From the NCBI GenBank assembly GCA_050436805.1, contig JBNQGE010000023.1, positions 10,606 through 74,605 on the forward strand: a stretch of 64,000 nucleotides of DNA, read 5' to 3'. Origin of the DNA: Candidatus Saccharimonadota bacterium (lineage in GTDB: Bacteria; Patescibacteriota; Saccharimonadia; Saccharimonadales; UBA4665). The position numbers and the translations under genes were made by a program. The notes beneath the pieces are model-generated. The model ran no database searches, was not told where the DNA came from, and saw only the letters and a list, made by a program, of their open reading frames with translations. How positions within the stretch are numbered: the first letter of the stretch is position 1; every line of letters begins with the position of its first letter. Shown here one piece after another: positions 62,714 through 64,000 of this stretch.

Positions 62714-63610
62714 ATGGCAAAAGAAGACGCCAAGAAGCCAATCGAAGAAGTAGTTGAAGCTGCTGACTTGGTTGTAGAAGCAACTCCAGAAACAGAAAAG
62801 GCTACCGCCAAGGCCGGCAAGCGCAGCACAAAAGCAATCGCTGAAGCCGAAGAAAAACAAGCCAAAGAAGAGCGTAAAGCTGAAGCTGCAGAAGCTGAGG
62901 ACAAGCCTGTTCAACGCGCAAACCCAACTCGTTCACGTTTGGAACGCCAGGGCAAAAACTTCCGAAAGAGCGCTGAACAAGTTGAAAAAGACAAGAAGTA
63001 CGCCCTAGTACCTGCTCTTGAACTTGCAACCAAGACAAACCCAACCAAGTTTGACGCAACCGTAGAAATTCACATCAACCTCAACGTTGACCCACGTCAC
63101 GCTGACCAGAACATTCGCGACAACCTCGTATTGCCAGCTGGTACCGGTCGCACTGTACGTGTTGCCGTCTTTGCTGACGAAAACGCCGAAGGTGCCGACA
63201 TCAGCGGTGTAGAAGAACTCACCAAGCAGCTCGATAAGGGCCAGATGAACTTCGACATCTTGATCGCTACTCCTGCAAACATGCCAAAGCTCGGTAAGTA
63301 CGCTCGCGCATTAGGTCCACGCGGTCTTATGCCAAACCCAAAGAGTGGTACCGTTACTACCGACGTCGCCAAGGCCCTTAAAGAAGCCAAGGCTGGTCGC
63401 GTTGAATACCGCGTTGACAGCACCGGTATCGTACACATGGGCATTGGTAAAGTTTCTTTCGGCGCAGCCAAGCTTGAAGAAAACGCTCGTGCCGTGCTTG
63501 CAAGCATCCGTGGCAACAAGCCAAACTCTGTTAAGGGTAACTACATCAAGGGCATCCACCTTGCAACAGCAATGGGCCCTTCGATCACTGTTGACGTCAA
63601 CGAAGCCTAA
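62714..63610 (+). CDS. rplA: 50S ribosomal protein L1 with a ~75-aa Lys/Glu/Ala-rich N-terminal extension
   Basis: The L1 core runs from ..KKYALVPALELA.. to ..GPSITVDVNEA. The start is placed at ATG 62714, after AAAGGA. Confidence 0.88.
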   Translation: MAKEDAKKPIEEVVEAADLVVEATPETEKATAKAGKRSTKAIAEAEEKQAKEERKAEAAEAEDKPVQRANPTRSRLERQGKNFRKSAEQVEKDKKYALVPALELATKTNPTKFDATVEIHINLNVDPRHADQNIRDNLVLPAGTGRTVRVAVFADENAEGADISGVEELTKQLDKGQMNFDILIATPANMPKLGKYARALGPRGLMPNPKSGTVTTDVAKALKEAKAGRVEYRVDSTGIVHMGIGKVSFGAAKLEENARAVLASIRGNKPNSVKGNYIKGIHLATAMGPSITVDVNEA

Positions 63611-63637
63611 AACACTTCCGCGGGGTATCAGCACAGC

Positions 63638-63667
63638 AAAAGACCGCACGCCATGTGCGGTCTTTTT
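63638..63667 (+). terminator. Intrinsic terminator after rplA
   Basis: AAAAGACCGCAC-gccat-GTGCGGTCTTTTT. Confidence 0.75.
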
Positions 63668-63731
63668 GGTAGACAAAACCACACTCGGCCAGGTGTGTTG
63701 CAATGTTGCGACAATATCCTATACTTGAACA

Positions 63732-64000
63732 ATGACCGAAACATTAATTACCCTACCACTCGATAGCCTCACTCGTGAATATCCCGTTATTACACCCGAG
63801 GAGCTCCAAGATTCCTGGCAAGCTTATACTGGTCGATTCGACAAGCCCCATACTACCGCCGAATTGCTTGGAGCCGCATACATGCCACAAGAACAGCCAA
63901 AGGCGTTCGTATCGATCGACCTGTGCGAAGTTGTGCGCCACACCTGCGCTAGCTTGTGGGCACTCGAGCAACCTTTTGGAACTCCAATAGCCAACGTTCA
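63732..64000 (+). CDS. 5' fragment of a hypothetical protein; continues beyond the window
   Basis: The frame stays open from ATG 63732 to the window end (MTETLITLPLDSLTREYPVITPEELQDSW..). Confidence 0.4.
   Translation, partial: MTETLITLPLDSLTREYPVITPEELQDSWQAYTGRFDKPHTTAELLGAAYMPQEQPKAFVSIDLCEVVRHTCASLWALEQPFGTPIANV

Noticed and set aside
1-64000. CRISPR arrays, reverse-transcriptase-based elements (DGR, retron), rRNA genes, and transposases other than the serine recombinase.
   Set aside because: I found no regularly spaced short direct repeats, no RT motif (YxDD) in any sizeable ORF, and no rRNA-like sequence. The twin-peptide duplication superficially resembles a TR/VR pair, but there is no RT and the differences are not adenine-specific.

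Overview
This is a 64-kb chromosomal window from a small-gene bacterium with moderate GC (roughly 45-50% by eye). The gene content and style resemble a reduced-genome Patescibacteria/Saccharibacteria-like or Gram-positive-type lineage, but I cannot prove that from sequence alone.

The recognisable core genes are ddl, an MsbA-type ABC exporter, hisS, tRNA-Trp(CCA) and secE-nusG-rplK-rplA. There is also an amino-acid ABC substrate-binding protein, a sensor histidine kinase, a GT2 glycosyltransferase and large DUF4082/FN3/beta-helix surface proteins. Most of the remainder is accessory.

Four things stand out:
1. **Cassette-like array (34.4-53.5 kb).** Short, unrelated 'housekeeping-detox' genes (Nudix x4, VOC, methyltransferases, nucleotidyltransferase, kinase, hydrolases, deaminase, PEBP, Doc) are punctuated by at least 11 intergenic copies of a recombination-site-like repeat with a palindromic AAGTTCGAAC core. 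The array ends at tRNA-Trp. It contains duplicated tRNA 3'-end fragments and one large serine recombinase whose stop codon lies inside a repeat. It also carries several frameshifted genes.
2. **Two paralogous leader RNAs (25.1 and 30.1 kb).** Both fold as translational (SD-sequestering) T-box riboswitches with a CAC specifier and a UGGG bulge, which points to tRNA-His. They control a VanX-like M15 dipeptidase and an orphan short-form hisG, and they flank a visibly GC-rich block (GNAT, DapF-like epimerase, hisS).
3. **RiPP-like locus (10.4-12.9 kb).** A 677-aa HEXXH-motif-domain protein (motif here is HESCGH) converges on two tandem paralogous 76/77-aa acidic peptides, next to an ABC exporter.
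4. **GC-rich patches.** Several are present, including one that interrupts nusG/rplK, and they suggest horizontal acquisition from a high-GC donor.

I found no CRISPR array, reverse transcriptase or rRNA. All calls come from reading the sequence and the ORF track; no searches or computations were run.
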